Positions 15,981 through 30,303 of a stretch of 64,000 nucleotides of DNA are shown one piece after another (position 1 is the stretch's first letter; each line of letters starts with the position of its first letter). The stretch lies in NCBI RefSeq assembly GCF_009914755.1, contig NC_060926.1, one strand, 5' to 3'. Below the pieces are notes generated by a model that had not been told where the DNA came from, made no database searches, and saw only the letters and a program-made list of their open reading frames with translations. The translations under genes and the position numbers were made by a program. Source of the DNA: the human T2T-CHM13v2.0 reference genome, Homo sapiens.

Positions 15981-18900
15981 TAGGTTTTAATTTCCATCAT
16001 CAGATAAATAAAAATGTGCAGAAAGGCTATCTCTATATTTAAATAACACTTTAAATATTTTGACAAACATAAGAAAGGGAAAAACTTCAATTAAAGGAGT
16101 TAAGGGGCTTGCTCTCAGCTAGCTGCCAAGCTGGGAGGAAAATCCCACAATCACTGAAATTTTACTTCCATATCATTACTATAGACTGAGGAAGAATAAT
16201 TTTCTGGGGTCCTATTGGAGGAAATAAAATATGCCTATCTAACAATATAAGTAGTAACCTATCTAAGAACATAAGTAGTAAATTTTAAGCTCACCATAAA
16301 TATTCCAAATGAGAAATTGCCTTGAAACTGAAGATATATTAAAGATTTAATATAAATTATAGTTATATATGCTGTTTATAGCTTAACAATGAGCTTATGC
16401 TCATTATACTATTTTATAATAGTAATAGTTTTGTGATACCTTTTTATTAAATATTGATTATAGTTCTGAATACTTAACAATTTCAATGAAGCCCATTTTG
16501 TTTCAAAAACTACCTCTAATTCTTTCCAGGAATTTTTGCTGATCCTTTTTAAAGTGTTCTATTATAAAATTAATCTTTTTTTATTTATCTTAACTGGATT
16601 CTAACATGTAACTGAAGTAATAAACACCCACAGATAGCCTTGACTAACATGTAAACAGTTCTTACCAACTATGAACCTCAAGCGACTCCATCTTGGGCCT
16701 GATTTATGACCTATGTGTTCTTTAACCTTAAGATAAATCTGATAGCCTGTCTTCAGATGAAATATTCATGAAGTTTCATAACATTCATTACCATTTTATG
16801 ATTCTTTTTAGTTGGTATAACAACAATCCTTTCTAGAACTCTATTAATCAGGAAGCAACTTTGTAAATCACTAGCCCAAGTGTGTGAAACCATCACTTGT
16901 TAATGTCTTAGCTGTGCTGCAGAAATGTGCTCAAGCATAGGGTAAATTCATGCTGCCAGCGACTCTACTATTTACATCCTTCTCCTTCAACATGCTAATT
17001 TGTTTGGGAAAATTCCTGTCTGATCTCTTCCAGTTCTGAGTTTTCTGAATTTGACAACTTAAAGAAGAAATCTGAAAGCCTTGGATAAAAATGTTACTCT
17101 CTGTAAAAAGTGCAGAATAAGTGACAGCACAAATCTTTTGTAGATTATTAGTAGATCACATTTCCTGGACAGGCAGAAAATGATTTTGCAGGGCAAGTTA
17201 GACAGAGGAAAACATAAACTTCTTCTCAAATGACTTCACTTTCCTCTTTTATCTCAGCCCACCTCTCCAAATTTGTTTCCAGCATATTAGATATCTTTGA
17301 TCTCTTATTACTGTACTGGGAATTGACAAGATTTCAGGTTGGTAGTGCTATTTATATGTGCAGATTATTACAATAATTACCTTTGAATAATTTTTAAAAG
17401 GTCAAAGACATCATTTCTGGTTTAAAGGAACTGTCTTTTTAGTTGCAAGAATCAAAATCTTCTATGCTATGTCACTGAAAAATTTCCTAATGTCTAATGT
17501 TTATCATATCAATATCTATATGTCATATCATATCATTAAACTTTGAAATTTAAAATTAAAGACAGTAATTCTTATTATGCTGTTTAAAGTTTTTCTACCT
17601 TCCTTGGAATCAAGACTTAGGTTGATTATTTTCCTTTTTGAATATGACTAACTGGGCATATAGTGGATCTTTAAATAGATTTTGCAGCCTGTCTTTCTCA
17701 GGGATGTTACATTTAGGAAAAATTAGAGTCCAGAAATCTAGGTGAAAGGTGGTGGTGATAGTGGAGGAGATTAAGAAATAATGGAGGTGTCAGGCAATTT
17801 TTATCATGATGAAAAGTGTGCTGACAAAGAATAAACAACTCCTTCATTGCGTATGCTGTCTTTATCATGGGATAGTTTAGTTCAGAAACTAATGGGAAAG
17901 CCATTTTAAACCTCCTAATTGCTAACTGTTTTTATATCTATTCCACTCAGAGGGTGCTATATGGAAGCCAGATGGCTGCAAATGTTATTCTGGTTTAGAA
18001 GCGTCGAGATTTTTGTATTATTGCCAAAGCCATTGTCAAAACGTCCTATATCAAAACAAAACAAAAAATAAAATGCTCTGTTTTCCAAACTTCTGAAAAT
18101 TCCACAATAGCAGTAAAATATCAACCCCCCTGTAGATTTTGGCAGTTAAAAGGAAAAATTATCCGTCTCTAAGCAGCTTGTTGTCTGAACTAACTGAGCA
18201 GTAGGGCAGCCAAAAAAGGAACTGCATCATTGAGAAGCTCATGAATTTTCAAACAAGAAGCCTTTGGAATTCAGAACGGCTCCTAAGGGGCTAAGCCAAA
18301 TGGACTCCGCACAGAAATCAACCACTCAGAGGATTGCGTAGTGACTAGAAAGGAATTGAAAATTGCTAACAATGCTCACCATCAAGCAAAGGGAAGGTGG
18401 CACCTATGCAAAGTTTGGGATCCAGCTAAGGTGTCTCCTAGATACTAGAAGCATTGGATCAAAGACAGTTTTACCTTGAATAATGTAAGGAAATATCACA
18501 ATAAAGTAGGGATGAATGATTTCAGCCAACACAAGGTGGTACCAACAAGCAAGAGAAATATTACTAGTAATTTCACTGCATCTCAAATATAAAAAGGGCA
18601 CACTCTATTCTAAAATTATTTGAAAAGTGAAAGGTATATAGTTGAAAGTACATTTCAGACAAATGGATGTTGTTAATATATAAATTTCAGGATTAAATCC
18701 TTATCAGTTCTATGATCTATTAAATCCAGGTCTTCCAGGCCCTCATCTAGAATCTAAACTATGTTCTGATCATTTCTTCATAATTAATATTTTTATTTTA
18801 TTTAAAATAAATTATCAACTTAAAGGGAGATTTTCCAGAGGGTGAGTTGGAAGGTTTTTTTCGCTCAAAATTTTAAGAGAGCAAAATTGCGTTCTTATAT

Positions 18901-19094
18901 TATCACCAGATATTGAAAATACACAATATAATGAGAACTCATTACTGTTTTTAGCATTGCTTCAATGGTAGAGACTGATCTACCATTGAAGCTCCATGTA
19001 TCTTGTAGCTGTCCGAGTGTTGCTCACATATATTCTGCTTTCCACCTCTCCAAGTGCCATTTTTGAAATCTCTGTGAGTTAGGAGTGTTGGAGG

Positions 19095-19487
19095 TTGTTG
19101 CCAGTTGGGTTCTCTAGAAGCAGAGAGTGAGACGGCATTTGGAGAAACAAGATGTTTATTAGGAGCCAGTATCTGTGAAGGAAAGGAATGGAAGTGGGAT
19201 TGGGAGAGGGAGAAGTTGTTTTGTGATACCTGGCTGGCTGTGTCTCAGCAAACTGGCTAGGAGCTCTGGAGCAAGTACTCTTCCTTAGAGGACTTATCAC
19301 TGGGCCATCCTGGGAAGCATGTTGTCCTATGGAAGATTGTGACCGTGGGCAGACAGCGCTTTGCAGCTGAGGCAGTCCCTGATGAGGCTGACAGTTGGGG
19401 GTGGTCTGTTGATAGCACTCGCCACACCCGATCAACAAGTACTTCCAAGAAGAGAGATCTGAGTAATACATCTCTGGATCTACTACA
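19095..19487 (-). mobile_element. LTR16-type (ERVL) solo LTR
   Basis: 'gttgggttctctagaagcagagagtgagacgg...atgtttattagg...ctactaca' matches the recalled LTR16 pattern; explains ORF 19079-19585. Confidence 0.65.
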
Positions 19488-20119
19488 TGGATTTGGAAAA
19501 TAAGCCAGGGCTCAAGAAACAAGCTAGAGGCATGAGTCTGCATAGTCAAGCCACCCACCCAGAGAGCCAGGAGATTAGAAAACAAGGGCTACAAGGCATT
19601 GCTTAAGAGACCAGAAAGCATGAGTCAGGGACACAGGCCCAGGCCCCAGAGCAGATCATGTCCAGAGCAAGGAAGGAGTCTGACTAACTGACATGAGCAC
19701 CAAGAAACAGGAAAAAATTGGATACTGAGCCAAAGTGCAGGGAGAGAATTTTGATATCACACCAAAATTCTAGTTTCCATGTTTTTGCAGCTAATGGTGG
19801 GCAACTGGTTTGAGAGGGAAGGCGGCTATGATTTCCTAGATGAAGGGCAATTAAAATATGCTCTCCAAATTTCCAATTTGCTTGCTAACTCAAATTTGCT
19901 TGGAACTTTACAGCTTACCTTCATTCCAGAGATACAGAGGATCTTCCATGAATCTCTGGGGGAAAAACAAAATTCTATGAATTTGAATTCAGAAAATATG
20001 CAGTTTTTGATTCTCCAGTGACTGTGAATCACAATCACTTTGTTAACAATGTGATTTTTCTTCTTTCCAGAATACTATCTTTGTTATCTTCAAAGAAATA
20101 ATACATAAACCAATTTACC

Positions 20120-20620
20120 ATTAACTAATGTATTCAACAAATTTAAGTGTCTCCTACACATATGCTAGGCACTGTTCTAGGGAGTTGAGTTAAATCGGTG
20201 AATAAAACAAAGATTCCTGTCTTTGTTAACCTCAACAGTAAGCACACAGTAAACAAAATAAATAATACGTAATAGTAAGTAAGTAATAATATGGACAAAC
20301 AAAAAGTACGTCAGGATTAAGAGTTGGAAGCATAGTAAATGCAGGGGAAAAATTTCTGTTTTTATAGGATGCTCAAAGTGAGTCTCTTTGAGATGTTGAC
20401 ATTTCAGATGTTGATATTTGTGCAAAGTCTTGAAGGCAGTAGTGTTGATGAGCAAATAGTCCTGGCAGAGGGCTCTGCTAGTGAAAATTCCCTAACACTA
20501 CAGCATGCACAGTGTATGCAAGGGACAGTGGAGACTCTTGCGGTTGGAGCACTGTGAGGGGGTGTGGGAATGATAAATATCAATACAGTAAGGGGTGAAT
20601 GGGTGAGGAGATGGTTTAAA
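20120..20620 (-). mobile_element. L2 fragment
   Basis: 'attcaacaaatttaagtgtctcctac...tgctaggcactgttctagg'. Confidence 0.7.
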
Positions 20621-21692
20621 ACTTAGGCTTCAACTTCGAGTTTTAACCCCAGCTCTATTGCAGCTTTTTGCAGAAGTTCATCATCTGATGTGCTTGCTAT
20701 CCTGGCTACTCTTGAAAAATAAAACAGAGGGTAGGGGAAACAAGGCAGAAGGACATGACCAGTTAAGAGCCTGGTTCAGTAATCCAGCTAAACAAGAAAT
20801 TGCCTTCATTTCTGCTGTCAATTGAAAAAATAAAAATAAAAAGCCCATGTTAACACTGTTGCTATTGCTCTCACTGGACTTAGATCTAACACTCAATGTC
20901 AGCAAAGGAACTGCACATTGAGAGAAATTGTCTATCATTTGGTAACCTTTATTCTTTCAGGACTAAAAGGTGACATGAAATACCAGAGAGCATGTCTCTC
21001 TCCTTTGTGCTGCTCTGCGGCATTTCAGGATCTGAGAAGACTATTCTAGTATTGAGGTTTACATACCATTACGCCCGGAATTCTGTCCAACTCTTCCCAG
21101 TGCAGCTTTTGTCCTCAGAAATAATTTTTGAAGCTGAAATACTCAGTAGGACACAGGCCTCTTTTTGTCTTTTTTTTCTTTCTATAAAACAACACATTCA
21201 AGAAGGCCAAAGAACAGTTACCACATCAGTAGAGAAGAAAGAAAGGGACGTGTCATGTTTAGAACAACGGTTGGGTGAAAGAATGTGCTAAGTGTGGGTA
21301 AGTTTGACAGAAACAAAGAAAAAGTTAAAGGAAATGGAGCCTCCTGGGAGGGAAGGCAGAACACAACTCAGTCAGTTCAGGAATCAATGACATGAACACT
21401 GCTCTGTCTTGAAAAGTCAGAAGCCCTGCCCAGGGCACACTGCCCAAAGCCCAACAGCTTAACATCTTTTCACTCTTGGTAGGTGGATATTCTGAAACCA
21501 GGTTTTGATTCTCAGATTCCTTCTTTCTGTGGAACTAAACATTCTTAAAAGTAGTTTTTGATGACGCTTCTCTAGATACCAACAGTGCTAAACTTTACCT
21601 TTTCTCACTTGCTTAAAAGAGTACCATATTTGATTTTCAAAGACCTTGTGAATAGCCCCTTAAAATGTTTCATTTTTTTAAGTGGGCAATTG

Positions 21693-21697
<5 letters not shown>

Positions 21698-21741
<44 letters not shown>
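21698..21741. repeat. (TG)n microsatellite, ~22 units
   Basis: Seen directly. Confidence 0.97.
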
Positions 21742-21744
<3 letters not shown>

Positions 21745-22899
21745 CTCCTTAGGATAATATTATCTAAATTCTAGTAAGTTTATATTCTTTAAACACAAAA
21801 TTGTTTTCATAGGTCAAAATCTCAGTATCTGATAGGCAAGTAGAAAAGTTTGAAGAAAAATCCCCTGTGAGCTTAGAGTTCTTTTGATCTGCTGTCAGAT
21901 ACCACCTGCAATGTTTTCCATTACTCCACCTGATTTTTAGAAACCCTGCATCTGCCACAGGACACTCAAATTGCCATAGACATTGTAGACACCGATACCA
22001 TAACAGCTACTTGAAATTAGAAGATAGAAATGTAATGAATAGGAGAATTTTACCTCCACTGTTGGTTGATAAACCCCATGTTGCCCTATAAGGCAAATTC
22101 CTTCTAAGGCCACAGTTATATAAAATGCATCAAACACAGTTTGCCTGATTGTTTTCTTCATTTTTTTTTTTTTTTTGAAATTCAAAACAGTGAGTGGATA
22201 CTCTCAATCATAGCCTATTGGGGAACTCCTGAAAACTCCGCAGGAGACACGAATGGTGCTGAAAAGTCAAGAGGAAAAGGCCTGCTGATGGTCTGGGAGG
22301 GTGTGATAGCATTGATGGTATGAGTCTATAGAGGGTAGGACTAATCAATCTCCCCACTCATTTGTCCCACCATTTCCCTTTTAGGCCAGGAATAGCTTCA
22401 ATTATATTATTGGACACAAAGTCTGGTGGTAAATAAATCCTTGTGACGTAGCCATATTTGAGCACTTGTTGTGTGATCCAAACTTTAGTAAGCAAATTGA
22501 GATGGAAAAATGAACTATAAGACTTGACACTTTCCCTCAAGAAAGTTCCATTCATGTTTGGAGAAAAGACAAACCCTCATGAAGTAGATTTGAGCAATGA
22601 AACATAATATGTCATTATTTGACTGAATATGTGATAGACAATTTTCTGCAAGAAAATTGGAGCTTTCATAAATAACCTCCCAAAAAATGGGCCATCATGT
22701 GCAGAGCTTAACACAAAGACATTGCCTTAATTGCATCCTTACTGTTAAATACAAATTGCAGAAAATGAGATATTTATTCTTAAGATGTTTTCATGGAAAC
22801 AGCAATTTATGATGGAATATCAGCAATAAGAGGTTTTTGGAAATTAACAATGCAGGGATGCAATGATAGAAACCATTTCTTATTCATTTGAATTAATAA

Positions 22900-23170
22900 A
22901 ATTAAAACAATGTAAGTTATAGATATGTTTTATTTGGACTACACAGTGTTAGATCTCATAGTATTTGGACATAAGAGGCAAATTAGTGAAGATATTTTAA
23001 TTATTGGGAGACGTCATATAGAAAGCCAGATTTCCAGCTTCTCTTGAAACATCAGAAGAGGTAGTTCCACCAGTTCAGCATTCTTACAAGGCAACAATCA
23101 CCCAGCATGTTTTAATAGTTCATATTTTTTACCTAGCCTCCTGTTGGCATTTGACTTTATGATTTCCTGA
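22900..23170. mobile_element. MER103-type hAT DNA transposon relic
   Basis: 'agccagatttccagcttctcttgaaacatcagaag' and 'ttggcatttgactttatga' resemble recalled MER103. Confidence 0.55.
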
Positions 23171-23311
23171 TGAGGTCCAATCTCCAAATGCAGTCGTGCC
23201 TTTTGCAACATTCTTCCTGCTTGAACACATTACATGGAAACTCACTTGTCTAGGCAACCCATTCTAGTGTTGGACACGTCTTAGTATGCTACTGAAAAGC
23301 TCTTCATTTAC

Positions 23312-24135
23312 AAAGTGTTTGTTCATTTCCTTTGCCTACTTTTTAATGGAATTTTTGCTTCTCAACTTGTTTAAGTTCCTTACACATTCCGGATATTATG
23401 CCTATCCAGATATTATACGTATACCAGATGCATAGTTTGCAAATATTTTCTCCCTTTCTGTAGGTTGTGTTTACTTTGTTGATAGTTTATTTTGCTGTGC
23501 AGAAGTTGTTTATTTTAATTAGGTCCCACTTGTCAAGTGTTGTTTTCGTTGCAATTGCTTTTGGCATCTTGGTCATGAAATCTTTGCCTGTTCCTATGTC
23601 CGGAATGGTATTCTCTAGGTTGTCTTCCAGGATTTTTATAGTTTTAGGTTTTACACTTAAGTATTTAATCCATCTTGAGTTGATTTTTGTATATGGTGTA
23701 AGGAAAGGGTCCAGTTTCAATCTTTTGCATATGGCTAGCCAGTTATCCCAGCATCACTTATTAAATAGGGAGTTCTTTCTCTAGTGCTTGTTTTTGTCTA
23801 CTTTGTTAAAGATCTATTATTTCCATTGGTCTATGTGGCGGTTTCTGTATCAGTACAATGCTGTTTTGATTAGTGTAGCCCTGTACTGTAGTTTGAAATT
23901 AGATAATGTGATGCCTCCCGTTTTGTTCTTTTTGCTTAGGATTGTTGTGGTTATTTGGGCTCTTTTTTGATTCCATATGTATTTTAAAATAGTGTTTTCT
24001 GGTTTTGCAAAGAATGACATTAGCAGTTTGACAGGAATAGCATTGAATCTGTAAATTGCTTAGGGCAATATGGCCACTCTAATGATATTGATTCTTCCTA
24101 TCATTCAGCGTGGAATGTTTTTCCATTTGTTTGTC
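23312..24135 (-). mobile_element. L1PA/PB ORF2 internal fragment, no 3' end or tail
   Basis: ORF 23487-23720 '[18 protein letters not shown]...DKWDLIK'. Confidence 0.9.
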
Positions 24136-25950
24136 CAGCACTCTTTTGAATAAAAATTGTGACAGCAGACTTCCTTATCTTATTTTCAGTCTCATGGAAA
24201 ATGCATTCAGTCTTTCACATTAAGATGAATATTAGCTGTAGGTTTTTTGTAGATCTTTGTCAAGTTGAGAAAGTTTCCTTTATTCCTATTTTTCTAAGAG
24301 TTTTTATCATGAATGAGTGTTGAATTTTATCAAATGCTTTTTCTGCCTCATTTGATATGCTCATGTGATTTTTCTTCTTTAGCCTGTTAACATGGACCAC
24401 ATTCATTGAATTTTTGAAGACTGAATCACCCTGGCAACCATAGAACAAACCACACGTGGTCACAGTATAGGGGTCTTTCTATGTATTGCTTAATTTTATT
24501 TGCTAAAACGTTAAGGATTTTTATGTCTATAATTATGAGGCACATTGGTCTGTATTTTTTGTTTGTTTGTTTGTACTGTGTTTGTCTGGCTTTGGTACCA
24601 GGGTAATGCTAGCTTCATAAAGTGAGTTGGAAAGTTTCCTTCCCTTCTATTTCCTGGAAGAGATTTGTAGAATTGGTGTTATTTTTTCTTTAAACATTTG
24701 GCAGAAATTTGTGAAACCATGTGGGTCTGAAATTTTCTTTTTTGGGAGTTTTAAAATTACAAATGTAATTTTCTCAGTATTACAGGACTATTTAAATTAT
24801 CTATTTCATACTAGGTAAGTCATAGTAGTTTGTGTTTTTCAAGAAATTGGTCGATTTTATCTAAGTTGTGGATATATAGAATTGTTCATTGTAACTCTTA
24901 TTATCATTTTGATGTTTGCAGGTTCTGTAGTGACATCCCTGTTTCATTCCTATTATTAGTAATTTGTGTCTTGTCTCTATTTATTCTTGCTGGAGGCTTG
25001 AATATTTTCATATTATGTTTTGAGACTCTGGATATTATTTAAATCTGTTTTAGCTGTCTTTCTCTGACACTGCTCTGGCCTGGAAAGAGAGGAGAAGACA
25101 CGGGCTTTGTTAGGGCCAAGTGGAGGAAGATGTCTAGTTTCCCTATTTGATCACTGTTGACACCCAATGTGAGGGTTCCTTGTTACTGCTGGGTGGGAGT
25201 GAAATTTCTGGTTCCCCATGTGGCATCCATTGGTACTATAGTGAAGGTGGCCTCAAAATCACTGGGCAATGATGAACATCTTAACTGTCTACTAGGCCTT
25301 CACTGATACCACCCCAGTAGGGATATGGAGGGATACCTCATTATTTCTGGGTGATGGTAGAAATTCTGTCTCCCTATATGGTCCCCACCTATACTTTTGG
25401 GAGATTACTTCATTGCCAGCTGATGGAAATGAAAGTCTCAACTCTATACTTGGCCTTCTCTGGCACTGGTTTGGGGACATCTCATTCTAGTCTTATGATG
25501 GTAAAAGTCTAAACTCCCCACTGGACCCTTGCTACTGTGGTAGGAGGTCACAGTGTTTTCTGTGGTGTTTGGCTGGAGTAGAAAAGTTACTGTTGAAAAG
25601 TTTTCTGTCTCACTAGGCTGGCTATTTCTAGGTTATTTGGCTAAAGACAGAAGGTGCTTGTTGGGGCTCTCTCTTTTTTTTTTTTTTTTTTGACTGCACC
25701 CATAGGTATTTTCAAGTTGTTAGCTTCTTTAACTCCAAATCAGTTATAAATAAGGCATGAAGAAAACACAAGGAACTTACAACCATGTCACTTTTTGGGT
25801 CCTGAGATGGTCCTTGGCTGGTCAGCTTTCTTCTTTCGAACTTTCAGAGTCTTTTTATGTTTCTTTAAAATATAATATCCAGGGTTTTTAGTTGTACTTA
25901 GTGGGAAGAGAGAAAAGTAGGTCTAATTCATGTTCTTGGAAGAAGTCTGT
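24136..25950 (-). mobile_element. Older L1M (MC/MD/ME) ORF2 and 5' region fragments
   Basis: ORF 24260-24463 'HMSISNEAEKAFDKIQHSFMIKTL' is degenerate L1 RT; repetitive L1M 5'-like sequence at 25.0-25.9 kb. Confidence 0.75.
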
Positions 25951-27097
25951 GCTCTACTTTTGATAGCTAAAATGTGCTGCATTACCTAATCCTCATCCAT
26001 GCATTAGAGAAAACACTCAGAAGTCTACAACAGATGGACCACATGGATGGTGACATTTTCATCAACCCGACAATACCATTTTCAGAACAATGCACAGTCC
26101 AGGCTGGAGCAGTCATGGCTTGGCAGTCAACTCACCCTTATTGAGTGTCAGCTATATTCCAGGCACTGTTTTAGGAACTGAGAATATAACAGGACTAGTT
26201 ATCACAGATGATGTCCTCATGCTGTTCCCAAATTATTATTTGGAATTAGTGTCATATATTCAATGTGAGTGTATAGGGTGGAACAACTCCTTTCTCCTCC
26301 CCATACCCAACTTAGAAATTGCAGGTGTCTTATCTCTTTTATTCGTAGAGTTCAGACATCTATTCTCACTCTGAACTTGAAGTTCAAGCCCTCTGAGAAC
26401 TGCAAAGAGCAGCATCATTGGATTTATAATCTACTTGGGATGAATAAGAGCGGAATCTCATCAATATTCAGTTTACCAACTGCAGAGCCTATGCTTTTCT
26501 CTAGGGCACTTTTTATCCAGTGTATTTGAGATATAAGAATGCCACCAACTGTCAGTAACCACCTTTTTCTTTGGAACACTGTGTAACATATTTCTAGGAT
26601 GGTACCTCATAAATGCTGTCTCCTATCTGTTAGAAAGAAACAGATAGGAGACAGCATTCCAACCGTTCCACCTATTCCTTTGAATACTCTCAATTTTCTA
26701 TTCATTCCTCCTTTTTGGGACCGTATCTACAAGGAGCACCACTTCCATGCCTACTCCTGGGTGTGTAGCCAGTGAAAGTGGTGTCTGTTGGCAGTGGATT
26801 AATTAGGAGATGCATATTGGTAGGCATACAAGAGATGTACTTGGGAGCCTAGAAATTGCACACCAACCCAATGCTCTGATCTAACATACCCCTATGATAC
26901 CAACATTTTATCCCAGTTGGATATAGCTGTCATGGGAAACAATGAAGAGTAGGTAGTATCAGATGCTGTGTGAAAGGAGCTGCATTTTTTAAACTGTTGG
27001 AAGTGCAACAGTGTGATCGGGCCCTTGCAGGAGGTCCTATGGTAATGAAACACAATCCATGAGGCTCAGTCAGAGCCAGTGATATTTACATGTTCAT

Positions 27098-27304
27098 AGA
27101 GGTGCAATGTTCAAGACAGTAGCTACAAATGGTAATTTAAATTTAAATTACTTAAATTGAAATAGATTCAAAAATTTAGTTCCTTAGTTGTACTTGTTAC
27201 ATTTCAAGTGCTCAAAAGTCACATGTGGCTGGGCCACGACATTGGAGGCTCAAGGGTAGAAGTCTCCATTATCACAGAAAATTCTCTTGGATAGCACTTC
27301 TATA
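27098..27304. mobile_element. MER3/MER33-type hAT MITE
   Basis: 'acatttcaagtgctcaaaagtcacatgtggct...tcacagaaaattctcttggatagcact'. Confidence 0.75.
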
Positions 27305-28807
27305 GAGTGTTCTTGTTACTTCCTGTTCTCTTGTTACCTTGTTGTCTTTGACTTTTGCTTTTCTTGGGTATAGTATGTCCTATTTTATTGTTTTGCTATT
27401 TGACCTGAAGGCCTGTCCCATTCCTCCTTGATCCCTGCCTCTGTTCTGTTACAAGCTTCAGTTTGAAAAATTATTGTCAACTCTTGCTAAATAACTGACC
27501 TCTGACCTCCTCCTTTGATTTTGGATTTGTTTCTTAGTACATAATGGTCTTAACTTGCTCACCCCTGAGCTAGAACACTGAGTTCCTGATTTGGTCTTAG
27601 CACCTGGTTTGTCCTCTCTAAGTCAGGTCACCTCAGAATTTTAGTCTATGGCTTTCTCGCTCTGGACATGTGTATGCTGTACTTAGCTCACTGGTTCTAA
27701 TTGTATTGTTTTTATTCTTCAAGATCTGTAATTGTGGGCAATAATAAAATATTAGTGTGCTATAACCAAGGCTTAAGTTTTAGATTTATTATTGTAAACA
27801 AGTTTCCAAGATGTAGATAAAGCTAAATAAACAATACTTGTTAATATGGCAAGATGAAAAGTGGAAGTAGGGGCTTACTTATACTAATAGCTACTTTGAA
27901 AAAAGTTAGAACATAAATTCTAGATGATAAAATTTGTAAAACCTTTCATACTGTATTTAGAGTCATAATACACACAGTTTAAAAACCACCAAATACTCTG
28001 CATGATTGGCTAAATATTAGTTGGCAGTGTTTTCATCCACAGAAATATTTCTTAACTAAAGTAGCAGCAAATTCAGCTTCACAAAACTTGAAAATAAAAG
28101 AAATCTAAATTTCCACAATTAATTCTTATTAAAGAAAGATCATTTCAAGATGACTCATGATTAATTACAAACAAAAATGTTCGTTTTTTTTTTTTTCTGT
28201 GACATAAACTTGTCATTTTAAGATGCTCCGAGAAAGACTGCTAAGGGAGGAATCCTGCAATAAAATGTATGTAGCAGCAAAGGCAACCCAATTAAAGTAG
28301 GTACTTTATTAGGAAATATAATCAATCCTCAATTATCTAAGGACTTACCATTTCGTGTATGTATTTCTTAATCTGTTAGGGAATTGTAGGAAAAGAGAAT
28401 AAAATGGAGGTTTAATCGCTGATTACAGCCAGTCTAAAACCTAATTGTATCACTAATTACGGTGCTTTTCACAAAGTGGGCACTTAATAAAACTTATGGA
28501 ATTGTAGATAAGGGAAAGATAGATCACCAAAGATGAAAATCAGTCAGTGTGTTTAAAAATGTCTTCTTTATTGAAAGCATGGTATTAAGAATTCCGTGGA
28601 AAATAGAAAATACTTTGTAGAATCTAAGCAAAAAAAAGAAAAGCTAAATTAATAGGTGCCTCTACAGCAAATGAAAAACAATAGTGCCTATGATATTTTC
28701 ATATAGCTTTATGACTGAGGTAGTTTATATAATATACATACATGGTTGAGTCACTGAATTTTAGAAATACACCTAAGAGGTATACTTGAAAATATTAGAA
28801 ATTTTGA

Positions 28808-29109
<302 letters not shown>

Positions 29110-29349
29110 TGATTTTTAATTAATAACTAATATTTTATGGGTCTATCAAGCAAAACCCAATTTAATATAAATTGCATTAAACCTTAAGATTTTGTTTTCT
29201 TGAACCACAATTGAAATGCTATTCTCAGGTTGTTGTGTAAATATTTTTGTAAATATTGGACTGAATCTTGTGTTCTACATGTTATAGAGAAACCTGTGCA
29301 TTTGAAAATGTGCATGTTGAAGCTGTGAAATTTAGTTATTAATTGATTA

Positions 29350-29624
29350 TTTTTTATGAGACAGGCTCTCATTCTGTCACTCAGGGTGGAGTGCAGTGGT
29401 ACAATCATGGCTCACTGTAGCCTTGACCTCCCAGTCTCAAGCAATCCTTCCACCTCAGCCTCCGGAGTACATGTACCACCATGCCCAGCTAATTTGTTTT
29501 ATGTTTTATAGAGATGGTGGTCTCACTTTGTTGCCTAGGTTGGTCTTGAACTTCTGGCTTCAAGCAGTCCTCCTGCCTCAGCTCCCAAAGTGCTGGGATT
29601 ATAGGTGTGAGCCACTGTGTCCAG
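29350..29624 (-). mobile_element. AluJ
   Basis: Diverged reverse dimer with 'acaatcatggctcactgtagccttgacctcc'. Confidence 0.9.
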
Positions 29625-29895
29625 TTTAATTATTAATTTAAATATTAAATGTTATTGAAGCAGACTTTGTTGGATTCAAAAGCCAAAAACAAAAGCATTG
29701 TTAAACACTTGTTTTTAATTTGCAGTAATCTAAAAATGAAATAAAATGTTTTATCTGTGTTAGAAACAGGGAAATTTGATCAATAAATTGTCTTGGGAAT
29801 TCCTTTTTTTTCCTTGTATCTGGGCAAGCCCCATGTACCACTACAAAAGTTTTCTATTTTTCTCATCTGAGCTTTAAATATTCAGTGTACAGATC

Positions 29896-30303
29896 AGATG
29901 CTTTTTAACTTATGATGGGATTACATCCTGATAAACCATCATCAGTTGAAATATTATAAGTCAACAATGCATTTAATACACCTACCCTACTGAACATTAT
30001 AGCTTAGACTCATTTACCTTAAATGTGCTCTGAACACTTACATTAGCCTACAGTTGGCAAAAATCATCTAGCAACATAGTTCACTGTAGAGCATTGTTGT
30101 TCATCATGATCCCTTGGCCAACTGGGAGCTGTGGCTCCTGCTACCCAGCATCATGAGAGAGTATTGTACCCATGTCACTAGCCTGGGAAAAGATCAAAAC
30201 TCAAAATTCAAAGTATGGTTCGTATTGAATGCACATGGTTTTCACACCATTGAGAAGTAAAAAAAAATTGTAAGTCAAACCATCCTAAGTTGGGAACCAT
30301 CTG
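29896..30303. mobile_element. MER47-type (Tigger5) MITE
   Basis: Terminal inverted repeats 'cagatgc...aacttatgatgg' and 'ccatcctaagttgggaaccatctg', ~408 bp. Confidence 0.8.

Noticed and set aside
16245-16282. Short tandem duplications (24 bp here; 15 bp near 38665; ~17 bp near 23390)
   Set aside because: Ordinary slippage duplications with no further structure
19079-19585. 168-aa ORF, the longest in the track
   Set aside because: Overlaps an LTR16-like element, has a non-ATG start and no recognisable domain
23312-24135. L1 fragment as an inverted local copy of the 30.4-34.9 kb L1
   Set aside because: Similarity looks like subfamily-level homology; I saw no shared private indels by eye
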